Of a stretch of DNA of 64,000 nt, positions 61,362 through 64,000 are shown one piece after another. Origin of the DNA: Podarcis muralis. Lineage: Eukaryota. The DNA is taken from the NCBI RefSeq assembly GCF_964188315.1, contig NC_135667.1, positions 20,212,001 to 20,276,000 on the forward strand, in the 5' to 3' direction. Both the position numbers and the translations under genes were made by a program. The notes under the pieces were generated by a model that worked only from the letters and a program-made list of their open reading frames with translations, did not search any database and was not told the DNA's origin. Each line of letters opens with the position of its first letter. Within the stretch, counting starts at the first letter, position 1.

Positions 61362-61495
61362 GTTACCACGCGCCCCCAGGGAGAGCCCCCCGCCTCCCCA
61401 GCGCTACCTCTTGGCAAGGAAGCCACATTGGTACGGAAACGCTTCGGCTGGTGGAGTTCACTGCGTTTGTGGAGCGGCAGGCAGAACAAGATGCG
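61362..61495 (+). CDS. TEAD2: TEAD2 exon GYHAPPGRAPRLPSATSWQGSHIGTETLRLVEFTAFVERQAEQDA
   Basis: WQG..IGT..LRLVEF.AF marks the start of the YAP-binding domain; phase 1 to 0. Confidence 0.95.
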
Positions 61496-61857
61496 GTGAG
61501 ATGTGCACCTCTACTTAACACCATTCGCACACTTGCGCCTCGTGCCAGCTGTCCCCATATATTGTCTTGAAAAGTTTGGGAGTTGGCCTGATGATGTAAT
61601 CGGCCGTGTGTTGGAGATCTAGTTTCAAGACTCCACTTGGTGATGAGATGCTTAGCAGGTGGCCTTGGGCCAGTCACAGTCTCGCTGCCTAACCTGTCTC
61701 ACAGGGTTATTTAAGAGGATAAAATAGGACAGCTCGTGTTTATGTTGCCCAGAGTTCCTTGGAGGAAGGGCAGGGCTTGATAAACAGAAGTGCATGGAGG
61801 GACGAGTATAAGAAACTACATGCAGCAAGTGCAGAAGCTAAGCTTAAGATACCAGTA

Positions 61858-62074
61858 CAGTTGTACCTTGGAACCCAAACGCCTTGCCAGTCGAACGTTT
61901 TGGCTCCCGAATGCCGCAAACCCGGAAGTGAATGTTCTGGTTTGCGAATGTTATTTGGAACCCGAACATCCTCCGTGGCTTCTGATTGGCTGCAGGAGCT
62001 TCCTGCAGCCAATTGGAAGCTGCACCTTGGTTTCTTCCAGAATGGAATTTCATTCGACTTCCGAGGCACCACTG
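61858..62074. mobile_element. Tc1/mariner MITE (same family as 16453)
   Basis: TIRs plus TA TSD; sequence similarity to 16453-16680. Confidence 0.8.
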
Positions 62075-62867
62075 TAGGCTGATATTCATCTCGAGATTAA
62101 ATTTGGAGAGACGGAAATGTGGTGAAGTAGCTAAAGGTTTGAGCTGTGTAGGGCGGGAAATTTGGGGTTCAGATCCCACCGTTGCCATGAACTTACCCTG
62201 TGCGAACAGGATACTGGACTAGGTGGGGCATTGGCCTGATCCTGAAGGGTCATCTTATTAGGTGACCTGGAGTAAGTTGCTGTCTCTCAGCCTCTGACCA
62301 CAAGCCAGTGTGGTTTAGTGGTTAAGGTGTTTTATTAGAGTTGGTGCAATCCAGGTTCTAATCCCTAATTAGATGTGAAACTCGCTGGGTAATCTTGGGT
62401 TAGTCACTATCTCTCCATCTGACTTACCTCACAGGGTTATTGTGAGGATAAAATGAGGGGAGAGAACATTGTGTGCTACCTGTAGCTCACTGGAGGGAAA
62501 AGCAGGATAAACATGTCATACTTAAAAGCAACAGCAACCCAGCAATATCAGAATTGCACATATTGTATTCCTGCTTTACCGAGTTAATTGGGAGGATCAC
62601 GGCAGTAACATTTGCATCTGATGAAGTAGTCCCTAGTCCACAAAAGCTTACACCATAATAAAATGTGTTAGTCCTTAGCTTAAGGTGCAGCAACAGACTA
62701 GCACAAGTACCATATTGAAAGCTATTGTAAAGCACTTTTTTTTTTTTAAAAAAAAAGCTATTTGCATTCTAACTTCTTTTGGCAAGCGATTCAGTAAATC
62801 AAAATTCAGGCAGCTGATGCCAGTCTTCATCATTCCATCTCTGACTTCCACCCTTTCCTCTCGGCAG

Positions 62868-63038
62868 TGTAAGCAGCAACACCGTTTTGTGCATATCGAC
62901 CCGACACCCGCCTCTGACTCCCCGCTGGAGACGGTGGACGTACGCCAAATCTACGACAAATTCCCTGAGCGGGGAGGTGGGCTGCGAGACCTGTATGACC
63001 AGGGGCCTCCTCATGCCTTCTTCTTGGTCAAGTTCTGG
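62868..63038 (+). CDS. TEAD2: TEAD2 exon [57 protein letters not shown]
   Basis: YAP-binding domain; AG and GTGAGA sites; phase 0 to 0. Confidence 0.96.
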
Positions 63039-64000
63039 GTGAGAACCGCCCTGCTTTCCTCAATCCCCAACAAGCTAGGAACGCAAAAGCTCCTTTGCTG
63101 CATTATGTATAGATATTTACCTGGCTAGTTTGCTGGGGCCGGTGGATTGCCTTGGTGGTTCAAAGCGGATAAAGCAGATTCTGGGTACATTCAGGCCAGA
63201 TCTCCTAGAAAAGCTTGGCATGGCTCCATCACTGTTTGGGTGGAGGGGGCAAATGAGCCATTTTGAATACTGACCTAATGAGTACATTGTTGTTGCTTCA
63301 GCTGTGCACATTATCTGCTTTCCAGCTTCAAATAGGATCCGGCGGGTCCCAGCCAGAAAAACTGTTGCAAGGGAGCTTTGGTCTCTGCTCCTAGCTAACT
63401 GAAAGCTGCTCTAAGCATCTTTACAGCTACAGAAAAATTGCCAGTGAGCCTGTAACAAAATGTTGCAGTATAGGGTGCTCCCATTTACTGTACCCGCCAG
63501 CCATGACCCCTCCCACATGGTTCCCACCACTCCAAAGCCACTCCCGATCTCAGGAGGGGGGGGGTTGCGGGGCTCACGACCCCACCCACACTCTCGCGGG
63601 GCTAGCTCCAGCCCCGCGGGACTCAGGAACTCATTATTATTCAGTGGCGGCGCCAGCCAATGGGGTGGCGTCGGGGGGCGGATCTTCCGGAGGGCACTTA
63701 AGGTCAGGATAGCCTGGGCTCGCCCCTTTTCTCTCCTCGCTGCAGCTGCGGTTCCCACCACTCCAAACAACAGCCTGTCAGCGTTCTGAAGCTACTGAGC
63801 ATGCTCAGTCTTTGTTGCCATGTTTTTGGTGGGTTCCCCCTCTGTGTAGGGTTTTTATTTCCTAAAGATGTTTCCTACTGTTGAAAACCTTGGAGGAGCC
63901 ACAAGCTTTCCGAAGCCTTCCATTTGTGGCATGGCTGATGTTATTTCGGCAGTGTCAGGATTGGCCCTCGGAGAACTTAGTTTGCTATTTGTGTGTAGGA

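Larger units (their letters stand above)
55690..64000 (+). other. TEAD2: TEAD2 gene, coding part (3' end beyond the window)
   Basis: TEA domain and the start of the YAP-binding domain. TEAD2-type residues (QTMA.MSSAQL, FQFW, LR.LYD.GPPHAFF). Synteny with DKKL1 and KASH5. Confidence 0.88.

Noticed and set aside
1-64000. CRISPR arrays, rRNA or stand-alone tRNA genes
   Set aside because: None seen; tRNA-like A/B boxes occur only within SINEs.

Overview
This is vertebrate genomic DNA from a squamate, most likely a lacertid lizard (inferred from Sauria SINEs, BovB/RTE, CR1, L1, Penelope and TA-flanked Tc1/mariner MITEs). Four intron-containing genes were rebuilt by hand from splice sites and reading phase. 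(1) The last coding exon of a classical RAS gene of KRAS4B type (+, 233-343, ending CIIL). (2) KASH5/CCDC155 (-, ATG about 24170, stop 3450, C-terminal KASH peptide ...LQYLQPPPT). (3) A DKKL1/soggy gene (-, ATG 39857, stop 35261), followed 4 kb downstream by four intact DKK3-type exons (31323-28368) that encode both 10-Cys cysteine-rich domains and splice in phase onto the shared soggy exons. (4) TEAD2 (+, from 55690, running past the window end), which appears to start at an AUA codon. The leading candidate for an undescribed system is the DKKL1 locus: it appears to encode both the mammal-type CRD-less DKKL1 and a full DKK3-like protein by alternative last-exon choice. It sits in a RAS-KASH-DKK3-TEAD block that looks like the fourth ohnologous copy of that neighbourhood. 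Smaller items include a very young L1 insertion, a Penelope fragment with a minimal hammerhead ribozyme, and several solo LTRs. Homology statements come from recalled sequences; no searches were run.
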